DNA of 64,000 nt from Mustelus asterias. Taxonomy: Eukaryota. This document shows, one piece after another, positions 50,611 to 62,781 of this stretch. The stretch is from assembly GCF_964213995.1 (NCBI RefSeq), contig NC_135801.1:38564001-38628000 (forward strand), in the 5' to 3' direction. The translations under genes and the position numbers were made by a program. Position 1 is the first letter of the stretch. Each line of letters starts with the position of its first letter. Below the pieces are notes generated by a model. The model was not told the DNA's origin, did no database searches, and was given only the letters and a program-made list of their open reading frames with translations.

Positions 50611-51258
50611 CAGGATAAATTTGAAATGAAAACAGCTACATAATTACAGTGGCTATTCCTTAAAAGCATATAGTTGGCTATGAAGTACCTTAGGACATCC
50701 TAAGAATGTGGAAGGTGCTAAATAATTTTAAGTTTGTTCTTGTTTCCTGATGTCTTGAGCACAATAATGAAACAGTCAGGCTTCAATTGACCCTCATACA
50801 TTGATGGCGGTAAAAATGGAGGGCAAAATTGCTGGAACAGGATAAAAATAATGTGTGAAGAATGTGGAGGGACAATAGTGTGATAAGAACTTCAATCAAC
50901 TTCATATAACGTGGGTGTATTTAAATGAAAACGGCCTCGGCGTTAGTCAATGTGGTAGAAGATTGCTTTCTCTGACCCAGTGTTACAGACGTCACTAGGG
51001 ATAACACTTACCGTGACCATATCCTTGCACAGAATCAGGACAGCATTCATATTTTAAGTAGTATCGCAACCTTTAAATGCTATGAATCACATGATTCAAT
51101 TTCAGATAATCAGACAATTGCCACAGCAAAGTCATAAGGCCAAACCGTGACTTTGAAAATGCAAACTACAAAGGAATGAGGGGAATTAAGAGAGAGTGAT
51201 TGACCTGTTCTACTGTCATCTTAGTTGAGAAATGGAACGAGTTTAAACTATAATGTCA

Positions 51259-51600
51259 GGGCGGCACGGTAGCACAGTGGTTAGCACTGCTGCTTCACAG
51301 CTCCAGGGTCCCGGGTTCGATTCCCGGCTCGGGTCACTGTCTGTGTGGAGTTTGCACATTCTCCTCGTGTCTGCGTTGGGTTTCCTCCGGGTGCTCCGGT
51401 TTCCTCCCACAGTCCAAAGATGTGCGGGTTAGGTTGATTGGCCAGGTTAAAAATTGCCCCTTAGAGTTCTGAGATGCGTAGGTTAGAGGGATTAGCGGGT
51501 AAATATGTGGGGGTAGGGCCTGGGTGGGATTGTGGTCGGTGCAGACTCGATGGGCCGAATGGCCTCCTTCTGCACTGTAGGGTTTCTATGGTTTCTATGT
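51259..51600 (+). mobile_element. V-SINE, tail type A, young
   Basis: Full head, V-domain and tail; CpGs retained. Confidence 0.93.
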
Positions 51601-52430
51601 TGAATACTGTTTGTGAAGTTTAGTCGAACAAGGCTCAGAATGATGAACTGGACAACTAAAATAGAAATTATAAAAAATATACAAAGCCGTAGGGGAGAGG
51701 AGATGGTGAACTTTAGGAGGAATATTTAAACATTAAACTGAAAAGTGCCAGAAGGCAACAGAATTTGAATAAAGGCAAGTGCTGCTAGAAAGTATTCTGC
51801 ATTAAATATGTAGAATAATTTCTTAAATAGGGTAATTGGCATAGACTTTGAGAATACCCCAAGTCCACTTTTATGTTACAGTGGGCATTTTGCAACTAAC
51901 CTAGGTGCCAATATCTTTCTCCAGACACTCATTCACTTTCCTGAGTTTCTGTGCATTTCCCAAAGCCTCCGAGAAGATTATCTGCCTGCATTGCAGCTCC
52001 AAAAGATTAAAGGCATTTAGGGTTGCATTGACGGATCACCCGTTTTGCTATTTGTGATGTCTGTCACATTTTTCCATTTAAAATGTTATAGAAGAAACTG
52101 CTTTGAGGTCTTGAGATGGATCTTTCTGACAAAAGGTTTGTATGGAAAACTTCCATGTGGTCTGAGTGGAAATTTATCCTGTACAGTTCTCTGTTAGCTT
52201 GCTTTATTTAAGCTTGTCATCAAGCCATTAATGCTCTCATTCCTATTTACAAACTATTACGAGTAAGTGCTATAAATAACAAGATCTCTGGTATTGTCAA
52301 GGGGAGAGTTTATCCTCCATCAGGACTGGATGTAAGTCTAATGTTTTCTGAACGATTCAGCTTAATATCACAGAGATAAGCATATGTTTACGCTGCGGGG
52401 TTGTATTAACAAATTCCTTTTCTTCTGCAG

Positions 52431-52493
52431 AGTGATACTTCGGGTGATTACAGAAATGCCCTGCTCAGCATGTGCGGTGGTGAAGATAAATAA
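52431..52493 (+). CDS. ANXA5: Annexin A5-like last coding exon
   Basis: ttcttctgcAG|; SDTSGDYRNALLSMCGGEDK* (TAA 52491-52493). Confidence 0.95.
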   Translation, partial: SDTSGDYRNALLSMCGGEDK

Positions 52494-53327
52494 TGCTCCT
52501 TGTGAAGAAATCCATTTTACATACAGCTCTGAAGCTTTGATCTGTATGATTACTTAAACCAGATATCATTGTAACGCAGATTTTTTAATGAACTAAAGCA
52601 TGTGAAAGGATTATTTTTTTTAACACTTTTAAAGGAGGACTGTGATAAGTCCTCATTCTCTGTTTGTGATATATGTCATTAACAATTGACCACCACAGTA
52701 CAAGCATCGTCTTATGTGACGGAAGGCTGCCACAGAAGTTAACAATTCCCCTCTCGTCTCAATGGCATCCATTCTGTTGAGTTTAATAGCTTTGCAACTT
52801 AAACAAGCTTGTTTTTTCCATAATCCAGTTAATGCAGCTGCCAGCTTTAAAGCTTTTTTTAATTGTCATAACAGTCTGTCTGAAAATTTATTGGATAATT
52901 ATAAACTTGTGAAAATATTCTGAGATGAAAAATTGGACCAATATGAGATAACTAAAGCCAAACATTTGTCTTTGTCTTACTCCTGAGGGAGCCAAGAATT
53001 TTACTGATCCATCAAATGAAGGAGACTAACTAAAATCAGTATTAAAAATGTTCTCAGAAATGATTTTCTTAGTCCTGATTGCCCTTTGTTATGACTTCTG
53101 TTGCTTTGCTGCCCTTACCTTGAGTACCAAGATATTTGAGAATATTTCTATTAGGAGATTGAGATCACTACATAGATGGATATTTAGAAGACTGTGGGAA
53201 GTTGCTCTGTCTCTGTAAAATCGTCAGTAACAAGACCAATCTTAGCCATATCTGGGAGCATGAGAGCAAATTGTTGGCGTTACAGTTTCTCTACAAGTTA
53301 CATTTGAAAGCTGTTTACCCTTTAGAC

Positions 53328-53481
53328 CAGCGGTCTCCAAACTTTTCAGTACGAGGGCCACATCATATATTTTACACATTTTCGTGGGCAAAGAAAAAGA
53401 TTCGTTTTATAAATGATTGAATATTTCAAGTTGCTGCGGGCCGGATGTGACCCGCTGCGGGCCGTAGTTTGGAGACCCTTG
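53328..53481. mobile_element. hAT-Charlie-type MITE (154 bp) in the probable 3'UTR
   Basis: TIRs CAGCGGTCTCCAAACT / AGTTTGGAGACCCTTG; 8-bp TSD CTTTAGAC (53320, 53482). Confidence 0.92.
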
Positions 53482-53598
53482 CTTTAGACCATGCACTATC
53501 CCATCCACTTTGAAGTAACATGAGTTCTTGCCACAAAGATCTCTTAGTTCTTTAGCTGACATAAAAATAATACCAATAATATGCCAGCTTCCATTCTG

Positions 53599-53698
53599 TA
53601 GTAGACTGGGGTGGGCACAGTAAGAAGTCTCGCAACACCAGGTTAAAGTCCAACAGGTTTATTTGGAATCATGAGCTTTTAGAGCACTGCTTCTTCCT
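53599..53698 (-). mobile_element. PLE terminal fragment in the probable 3'UTR (degenerate hammerhead)
   Basis: 14-bp TSD CAGCTTCCATTCTG (53585, 53699). Confidence 0.85.
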
Positions 53699-53938
53699 CA
53701 GCTTCCATTCTGACACAAACGGATTACCTTGAGCCTCTCTGGTGTTTGCTGTTAAATCTCAGTTTTGTGTAACAACGAAAAACAGCTCCCAAAGACTCAA
53801 AGCCTTTCTCAAAATGTCTGAATTGCTGTATGTTAATGTAAAATAACAGAGTAAATGATTACCCATCAATTTATGGCAACGTCCACCAAGTATTTTCTGT
53901 GGCAGTAACTGCTTGTGATGCGTCATGTATAGTCTACA

Positions 53939-53944
53939 AATAAA
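53939..53944 (+). terminator. Probable ANXA5 polyadenylation signal
   Basis: AATAAA followed by a GT/T-rich tract (TGTGTGTATCCTTTTTG); implies a ~1.45-kb 3'UTR. Confidence 0.6.
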
Positions 53945-54440
53945 TCTGTGAAAAATGTGTGTATCCTTTTTGCTTCCATGTGTCTTTCAATATGTCTCAG
54001 ATACATTTTTTTCATCCTGCAAACAATTAATAAGGTGCATTGAATGTGAACATGTGAGAGAATGAGAATCAACAATTATTGTCTTGAGATTAATGTAAAA
54101 CAGTTGTCTTCCTTTAACTGCACTAAATCAGGATTAACTTTAAATTGTACATTAAATTAATATTAGGATATTTTTAAAACATGCTCGAGTCTTTCTAACA
54201 CTGGAGTTGGATCAGCAGTTTATTGAACACCAAAGGCATGGGTGGATTTACTTTACAAGGATTCAGACACTGTCTTTATAGTTGCTTTCAAGTTGAAGTT
54301 TTTCCGACTTAGGTTATGCTTTGCTCAGGATGTGACTATGGGAGAGCACTTGATAATCTGGATTGATTCAGCTGCTTGTATTCTTGCTGGAGAATTTGTG
54401 TTCTCGGTTTTAGTGTCATTCCACATTTAACCCTTTCCTA

Positions 54441-54690
54441 GGGAGAGGCAGTGATGTAATGGTATTGTCACTGGACTAGTAATCCAGACACCAGGGCAAA
54501 TTCTGGGTACCTGGGTTCAAATCCCAGATGGTGAAATTTGAATTTGTAGTCTAATAATTGTTGTTTAAAAGCTCATCTTGTTCATTCATGTCCTTTGGAG
54601 AAGAAAATCTGCCAACCTTGCATGGTTGACTCTTAAACGCTCTTTGAAATGGAGGGCAATTACAGATGGGCCATAAATGCTGGCCCAAAA
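54441..54690 (+). mobile_element. tRNA-headed bipartite SINE, degenerate
   Basis: GGTATTGTCACTGGACTAGTAATCCAG..GGTTCAAATCCC head; GGGCAATT..AAATGCTGGCCCA tail. Confidence 0.75.
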
Positions 54691-54862
54691 TTTTAAAGAA
54701 ATCCTAAAACACGGGGAGTGTAAGTAAGTTTGGAGAAATCTTGATATTGGCCTCACAACTTCAAATTGCTTAGATTACTGGAAAGTCTATTCAGTATAAA
54801 ATCAGGTCTTGGAATTGATAGTAACATAGTCATAAAACATCAAACTGGAAGATTGTGGAACG

Positions 54863-55117
54863 TAGAATCATAGAATCCCTACAGTACAGAAGAGGCTATT
54901 TGGCCCATCAAGTCTCTATGACTGCAAGTCTGCACTGACTCTGACAGAGTATTTTACCCACGTCCTCTTCCCCACCCTATCCCTGTAATCCCACACATTT
55001 ACCAAGGCTAATCCCATCTAACATACACATCTTGGGACACTAAGGGGCAATTTAGCATAGACAATCCACCTAACCTGCATATCTTTGGAGTTGGGAGGCA
55101 CCCGCAGGAAACCCACG
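54863..55117 (-). mobile_element. V-SINE tail type A, partial
   Basis: Tail plus part of the V-domain, abutting Rex1. Confidence 0.8.
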
Positions 55118-56360
55118 CCCATCCTTACTGATTGTGGTCTGTGAGTTAGGAAGTTCAGGATGCAGTCACAGAGGAAGGAGGCGAGCCCCAGGCCACAGAG
55201 TTTGGAGATGTGTTTCATAGGAATAATGGTGTTGAAAGCTGAGCTGTAGTCAATAAATAGGAGTCTTTGTTATCCAGGTGTTCCAGGGTTGAGTGTAGGG
55301 CCAGGGAGATGGCGCCTGCTGTGGACCTGTTACGGCAGTAGGTGAACTGTAGTGGATCCAAGCAATCTGGGGCGGCACAGTGGTTAGCACTGCTGCCTCA
55401 CAGTGCCAGGGTCCCAGGTTCAATTCCGGCCTTGGATCACTGTCTGTGTGGAGTTTGCACATTCTCCCCATGTCTCCGTGGGTTTCCTCTGGGTGCTCTG
55501 GTTTCCTCCCACAGTCCAAAGATGTGTGGGCTAGGTGGATTGGCCATGCTAAATTGACCCTAGTGTCAGAGGGATTAGCAGGGTAAATGCATGGGGTTGT
55601 GGGGATGGGGCCTGGGTGGGATTGTGGTCGGTACAGACTCAATGGACCGAATGGCCTCCTTCTGCACTGTAGGGATTCTATGAATCTGGGAGGCTGGAAT
55701 TGACTTGTGCCATGACTAACCTTTTGAAGGACTTCATAATGATGGATGTCAGAGCCACCGGGCGATAGTCACTAAGGCACGCTGCTTGGTGTTTCTTTGG
55801 TACATGGATGATGGTCGTTGTCTTGAAGCAGATAGGGACCTCAGATTGGTGTAAAGAGAGATGTAAAGATGTCTGCGAATACCCCTGCCAGCTGGTCCAC
55901 GCAGGATCTGAGTGCTGGTCCAGGTACTCCATTCAGGCCACTCGCTTTCTGTGGGTTGACTTTTGAGAAGACTGTTTTGACATCCACGATGGTGACCTTG
56001 GATACGGGTTTGGCCGAGGCTTCCAGGGTGGAGGGTGTGCTCTCACTCACCTCTTGCTCAAGTGAGCTTGGAATGTGTTGAGCTCATCGGGCAGGTGAGC
56101 ATTGGAGCCAGCGATTTTCCTTGCTTTCATCTTGTAGCCTGTTATTTCTTGCAGACCTTGCCATTGTCGGTGGGGTTGTGTGTGGCCAGCCAGGGATTCT
56201 GGCTTGGTCCGGCACTGTCTTTTGGCATCTTTGATGGGTCTTCGTAGATCATACCTGGATTTCTTGTATAGGTCAGGGTCGCCTGAGACCTGGACTTCAC
56301 CAAGGAGCGGATATTCCTGTTCATCCATGGTTTCTTGTTGGGAAACATGGATTTGCTTCT
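55118..56360 (-). mobile_element. Rex1-like LINE fragment with nested V-SINE
   Basis: FPNKKPWMN, LPDELNTF, DYRPVALTSIIMKSFKRLV motifs. Confidence 0.88.
55370..55682 (+). mobile_element. V-SINE tail type A nested in Rex1
   Basis: AATCTGGG duplicated at 55364 and 55683. Confidence 0.92.
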
Positions 56361-56659
56361 TCGCCACACAGAGGGAACAGGAGTTGGGGATGAGAGGAAG
56401 ACTGGGAAGCAGGGATTGAATGTAACTTGGAGAGTTTTGGATAAGCTCAAGTTTAATGATGATAGAAGATGGGAGGCTGGCCAAAAGTTCATTGGAATAG
56501 TTGAAGGTTTATCAGAGATTTTGAGAATGATGAAATGTATTGAAAAGGATAGAACAAGTAGGAAGAAACTGTTTCCTCTGATGGTTGGGTTGGTTGAATA
56601 AGTTTAAAAATTGGCATGTTTCAGTCTTTACCCTACTGAACTAAATTTTTAAATCTAAT

Positions 56660-56985
56660 TTTTTTATTCATTCATGCGATGTGGGCATCATTGGCTGGGC
56701 CAGCATTTATTGCCCATCCCTAATTGCCCTTGAACTGAGTTGGCTTCCTAGGCCATTTCAGAGGGTATTTAAAAGTCAACCACATGTGAGTTGTACGGCA
56801 GATTTCCTTCCCTAAAGTGAACCAGATGGGCTTTTTATGACAATCGACAATGGTTTCATGGTCATCATTAGACATTTATTTTGAGATTTTTATTGAATTC
56901 AAATTTTATCATTTGCTGTGGTGGGATTCAAACCCGAGTCCCCTAGATTACTAATCCAGTGACAACACCACCATGCCATCATCTC
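56660..56985 (-). mobile_element. tRNA-headed bipartite SINE
   Basis: Minus strand GGTGTTGTCACTGGATTAGTAATC..GGTTTGAATCCCACC..GTGGTTGACT..CCTAGGAAGCCAACTCAGTT|CAAGGGCAATTAGGGATGGGCAATAAATGCTGGCCC..polyA. Confidence 0.8.
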
Positions 56986-58544
56986 CCCTTCGCATTGCAT
57001 ATTGGACAAACAGTCTGACCAATCAGAGACATCGAACGGGCTAAAAGGGGGTGGTGAAATAGAGTTGATTGTGAAACTGACAAAGCTTGAATGAGATCCA
57101 CATCAATCCCTGAGTTTTCCCCCATGAGAGAGTTACAGAACATTGATTTCATTAAGATCATTCTGAATTCCATAGCCCGGGCTTGTGTGCCAGGACCTTT
57201 ATCCAACCTAATTATAAAGAGTTAAATTGTTTTCTCTTGCAATGCTTTAGATTTGGGAAATGGATCAAATTGAAGCAGGTAGATGTGACAGTACAAGCAC
57301 CATAGTGTTTGAAGAGAGATAATTGCACTTTAGTGAGGACCAACAGCTGCTAACCTGAGTGTGGTGACTGTCCCTTTAAGGGCAGAATAGCAGAAGAGGA
57401 TCACTTGGCCTGAGGGACCAATTGGGACTAAGTGGGTAATCACCCCGGGGTGGAGTCCTATCTGGGCAGAAGACAGTCTGAAGACATGTACTAGAGCAGT
57501 CGTTGAAGCTGTCAATCTCTACAGTTTTTCCTTGTTAATAAATACCCTTTGTGTTCCTGACAAAGTCTTTACACTGTGTGAAAAAGCCATTCTGTTTAAG
57601 AAAGCCTTTGTAAATTATGTCCATGGTAATAAGAAATGATTAGTGTTTTATTTGTCTGATATATGATGCTGTGTGACTTAAGCAGGTCCAGTAAAAGTGG
57701 TGGGTGCTGTACAGTCTTTCTCAAGCATGCTCTATTAGAGGGAGGAGTTTATCAAACTCAGCACTAGATGGAGCTATTGGGAAATGGTTGGAAAATGGTT
57801 CTCAGACTTGGGTTGTGTGAGTGCTCCTTCAGCAAGGCTGCAAAGCTCACTGGGGTGAGGCGATGGCTTTGTTTATAGAGAAATTTTACCTTTCCCTGCT
57901 AGATTTTTCCCTCCATCCCAATGGATAAATCTGTCAAAATAAATCTTGCTTTTGAGTTATATCTTTTCTGTATTTTTCAAATTGCAGTTTTTCAGCTGCA
58001 AGAGGTGGCTGGAAATGTGTAAAATGATAGTATGGGTGGGGTGTAGCAGGGAAGGCTGGGTCCATTCCCAGTCAGGGTGGGTCCATTCCCAGTCGGGGGG
58101 GGGGGGGGGGGGGCGGGGGGGGGTGTCCCTCTCAGCCTGAAATGTTGGCTGAGCTGCACTGGTTTCTGGTTAAACATAGTCTAGATCTGAGAGTTCTCAG
58201 TGGAGACAGTGATGTTCACCTCCTCCCTCCATCGGTCATGGTGCCTGTTCCCGTTTTTAAGGAGCAGTAGTGATCTGCGCTTGCGCAATGTCACAGCTAG
58301 AGAGTGGCAGCAGAGGATGCAATGTTAAGCTCGCTAAGTACATAATACATTCAAATTCATGCTAATTAGGTTTGTTCCCATCCTGGCCGTTGACCTGATC
58401 ACGTTATCGGAAGGAGGCCCGGGGAGATCGTGTTCTGAAATCTTGTCGGCACAAATCCTGTTTTTGGCCCCTCGCGAGATTTGGCAGCCATTACGGGATC
58501 TACGCTCCTGGCTGACGGGCCTGCTAAATTGTGGCCATAGTTTC

Positions 58545-59135
58545 TAGAAATTTCCCTATCACTGAAGTCAAACTGACTGGTCTATAGTTGCCAGCTTTAT
58601 CTTTGCACCCTGTTTGAACAAGAGTGCAACATTTGCAATTCTCTTGTCCTCTGGAACCAGCCCTGTCTAAGGAAGACTAGATAGAGGATTATCACGAGTG
58701 ATTCTGCAATTTCCATTCTCACTTCCCTCCGTACCCTTGGATACATCTCATCCAATCCTGGTACCTGATCTATTTTAAAGTATTTGTTTAATAATCCTGT
58801 TTCCACTTGCAAGTCCCTTTTTATTCTTAATCAGCCCTATTCTTTCTTTCACCACCCTTTATTATTCATGCTCTCTCCCTGCTTTTCTTATTAGTTTTTT
58901 CACTTTCCCCTCTGCTCCTTCTATATTCAGCCTGATTCTCCATTGTAATTTCTACCTACACCTGTCACTCATGCAGTTCTTCCTTTTTTATCTTCATCTG
59001 TACCTCTCTCATCATCCAGGGCACTTTGCATTTATTTGTCCTACCTTTCCCCTGCAAAGGAGTATACCTTGACATTGCCTGCAATATTTTTTCATTAAAG
59101 GTGGCCTTTTGTTCAGCCACATCTTTTCCACCAAT
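58545..59135 (-). mobile_element. Old CR1 fragment
   Basis: PGLDEMYPRV..EIAESL and KVPWMMREV motifs. Confidence 0.7.
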
Positions 59136-59137
59136 GT

Positions 59138-61530
59138 GGCACAGTGATATTGCCGCTTGGCTGATAATCCAGAAACCCAGAGTAATGTTCTGGGTGCCAT
59201 GGCACATGGTGGAATTTAAAAACTCAATAAGATATCTGGAATTAAAAGTTTAACAATGACCATGACTCCAGACCCACAGTAATGTGGTTGACTCTTAAAT
59301 GACCTAGCAAGTTATTCAGTTGTGTCCAACCGTTACAAATGGAACAAAAAGGAATGAAACTGGATGGACCATTTGGCATCGACCTAGGGACGACAATGGC
59401 AAACTCAGCACTGTTGACCCTGCAAAGTCCTCCTTTCTGAGGGCTTGTGCAAAAATTGGGAGAGGTGTCTCACAGAACAGCCAAGCAACAGCCTGATATA
59501 GTCGTACTCACGGAATAATACCTTACAGACAATGTCCCACACACCACCATCACCATTCCTGCCTGTGCCACCAGCAGGATAGACCCAGCAGAGGTGGCGG
59601 CGGTACAGTGGTATACAGTCAGGAGGGAGTTTCCCTAGGAGTCCTGAACATCGACTCAGGACCCCATGAAGTCTTATGGGCATCAGGTCAAACATGGGCA
59701 AGGAAACCTGCTGATGAATCAGTATTCCTCCATGTTGAACACCACTTGGAGGAAGCACTGAGGGTGGCAAGGGCAGAGAATGTATTCTGGCTGGGGGACT
59801 TCAATGTCCATCACAAACACTGACTCTGTAGTACCACCAGAGACCCAGCTGGCCGGGTCCTAAAGGCCATAACTGCTGGACTGGGACTATGGCAGGTAGT
59901 AAGGGAGCCAATAGAGGGGAAAGTGTACTTGACTTCATTCTCACTAACCTGCCTGCCGCAGATGCATCTGTTCATGATGGTATCAATAAGAGTGACCACC
60001 GTACAGTCCTTGTGGAGATGAAGTCCCACCTTCACATTGAGGATACCCTCCCTCGTGTTGTGTGGTATTCCCACCATGCGAAATGGGATAGACTTCGAAC
60101 AGACCTAGCAGCTCAAGACTAGGCATCCGTAAGATGCTGTGGGCCATCAGCAGCAGCAGAATTGTACCCAACTACAATCTGTAACCTGATGGCCCAGCAT
60201 ATCCTCCACTCTATCAGCAGTGTCAATCCAGTAATTAACGCTGATCCAATGGAGAGTGCTGGAGGGCCTGCCAGGAGCAACACCAGGTACACCTAAAAAC
60301 GAGGTGTTAGCCTGGTGAAGCTACAGCACAGGATTAAAAGCAGCAAGTGATAGAGCTGAGCAATCCCAGAACCAACGGATCAGATCTAAGCTCTGCAGTC
60401 CTGCCACATCCAGTCGTGAATGGTTGTGGACAATTAACCAACTCACTGGAGGAGGAAGCTCCACAAACATCCCTATCCTCAATGATGGAAGAACCCAGCA
60501 TATCTATGCAAAAGACAAAGCTGAAGCATTCGCAGAAACTTCAGCCAGAAGCGACAAATCGATGATCCATCTCATGAGGTCCCCAGCATCATAGATGCCA
60601 GTCTTCAGCCAATTCATTTCACTCCACATGATATCAAGAAACAGTTGAAGGCACTGGGTACTGCAAAGGCTGTAGGCCCTGACAACATTCTGGCTATAGT
60701 ACTGAAGACATGTGCCCCAAAACTTGCTGCTTCCCTAACCAAGCTGTTCCAGTACAGCTACAACACTGGCATCTACCTGACAATGTGGAAAATTGCCAAG
60801 ATGTCCTGTACATAAGAAACAGGACAAATCCAACCCGGCCAATTACTGCCCCATCAGTCTACTCTTGATCATCAGTAAAATGATGGAAGGTGTCATCAAC
60901 AGTGCGATCAAGCAGCACTCATTCAGCAATAACCTGCTCACGGATGTTCAATTTGGGTTCAACTAGGGTCACTCAGCTCCTGACCTCACTGCAGCTTTGG
61001 TTCAAACATGAACAAAAGAGCTGAATTCTAGAGGTGAGGTGAGAGTGACAGCCCTTGACTTAAAGGTAGCATTTGAGCAAGTATGACATCAAGGAGCCCA
61101 AGGAAAACTGGAATCAATGGGAATCAGGGGAAATCCCTCCACTGGTTGAAGTCATACCTGGCACAAGGAAGATGGTGTGTTGATTGGAGGTCAATCATCT
61201 CAGCTCCAGGACATCACTGCAGGAGTTCCTCAGGGGAGTGTTCGCAGCCCAGCCATCTTCAGCTGCTTCATCAATGACCAGCCTTCCATCATAATGTCAG
61301 AATGTGGATGTTCACAGATTACTGTACAATGTTCAGCACCATTTGTGACTCCTCATATTCAATCAGCCCATGTCCAAATGCAGCAAGACCTGGACAATAC
61401 CCGTGCTTGGGCTGACAAGTGGCAAGGAACATTCATGCCACACAAGTGGCAGAAAATGACCATCTCCATCAAGAGAGGATCTAACCATCGCCCCTTGACT
61501 TTCAATGGCAGTACCATCACTGAACCCCCA
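59138..61530 (+). mobile_element. Degenerate single-ORF EN-RT LINE with tRNA-like 5' head (clade uncertain)
   Basis: EN motifs KQQPDIVVLTE, WLGDFNVHH, LDFILTN, SDH; RT motifs KAVGPDNI, AGVPQGSVRSP, AWADKWQ. No ORF1-sized space between head and EN. Confidence 0.85.
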
Positions 61531-61567
61531 CTTGCATTCTCATCCCATCAAAGTTAACTTTATTTTT

Positions 61568-61890
61568 ATAGAATCCCTATAGTGCAGAAGGAGCCCATTC
61601 AGCTCATCGACGCTGCACTGATGACAATTCCTCCCAGGCCCTATCCCTGTAACCCCATGTATTTACTGTGTTAATCCCCCCAGGACACTAAAGGGCAATT
61701 TAACACGGCTGATCAGCCTAATCTGCACATCTTTGGACTGTGGGAGGAAACCGAAGCACCCGGAGGAAGCCCATGCAGACACGAGGAGAATGTGCAAACT
61801 CCACACAGACAGTGACCCAAGCCGGGAATTGAACCCGGATCCCTGGCACTGTGAGGCAGCAGTGTTAACCACTGTACCACCGTGCTGCCC
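61568..61890 (-). mobile_element. V-SINE, tail type A
   Basis: Reverse complement of head, V-domain and tail. Confidence 0.9.
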
Positions 61891-62487
61891 AATTAATTGT
61901 CCCTGCTCTAGATTGTTCTTTGTCCATGGCTACCCTAAACCTTATAATACAATGTGCCCTGTCGCAGGGAAACATTCAAAGAACACAGCAACATTCAAGG
62001 GTCATGACAAAGGTAATATTGGATCTTGTCAACATGCATAGGGACTGGAAAAGTCTTGAGAGTTTTGAAAATGAGGATGAGTCTTTTAAAATAAAGGCAT
62101 TGTTGGACCGAGAGCTAACGTCAGTAAACCATCAGGTGAGTGACGGATGCATACCCATTTTCTTAGGCTAACTCTTATCCTCCCTGACTAAAGGAGTGTA
62201 GATCCAGGATTGGTCTGCTGAGTGGCCTGAGAGAACACGAGCCTGACAGACATCAGCCTCATTTCGAGGGACTGGCGATGATGACGAAAATCATTAAAAT
62301 ATCCTGAACATGGAAAAAAAATCAGAAAAGCTAATGGATTGCCGGTCTTTGTATCTAGACGACTGAGATACAAGGGAGAGTAGAGGTCAACAAAGTCACA
62401 AACCACATCGAGATTGCTGTAGGCAGTTCTGAGCACCATCCCTTAGGAAAGATGTGTTGGGTGAGATTTTCCAGGCAATATTTTTCT

Positions 62488-62781
62488 CGGTGGCACAGTG
62501 GTTAGCACTGCTGCCTCACAGCACCAGGGACCCAGGTTCAATTCCCAGCTTGGGTCACTGTCTGTGTGGAGTCTGCATGTTTTCCCCGTGTCTGCGTTGG
62601 ATTTCTCCGGATGCTCCAGCTTCCTCCCACAGTCCAAAAGACATGCTGGTTAGTGCATTGGCCATGCTAAATTCTCCCTCAGTGTACCCGAACAGGCACC
62701 GGAGTGTGGTGACTAGGGGATTTTCACGGTAACTTAATTGCAGTGTTAATGTAAGCCTACTTGTGACGCTAATAAATAAAA
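62488..62781 (+). mobile_element. V-SINE, tail type B
   Basis: Head, V-domain, tail GCCTACTTGTGACGCTAATAAATAAA. Confidence 0.9.

Noticed and set aside
51259-51335. tRNA gene
   Set aside because: The tRNA-like head runs directly into the V-domain and LINE-like tail, so it is a SINE; the same holds for the other copies.
14939-52493. Assignment to ANXA3, ANXA4 or ANXA11
   Set aside because: LLQANRD, LFQAGELK, YMKISGYQIEE and AETLY fit A5 best; paralogue status within A5 remains open.
57284-57590. Possible plus-strand solo LTR (TGTGAC start, AATAAA near 57537)
   Set aside because: No convincing CA end with matching TSD found.
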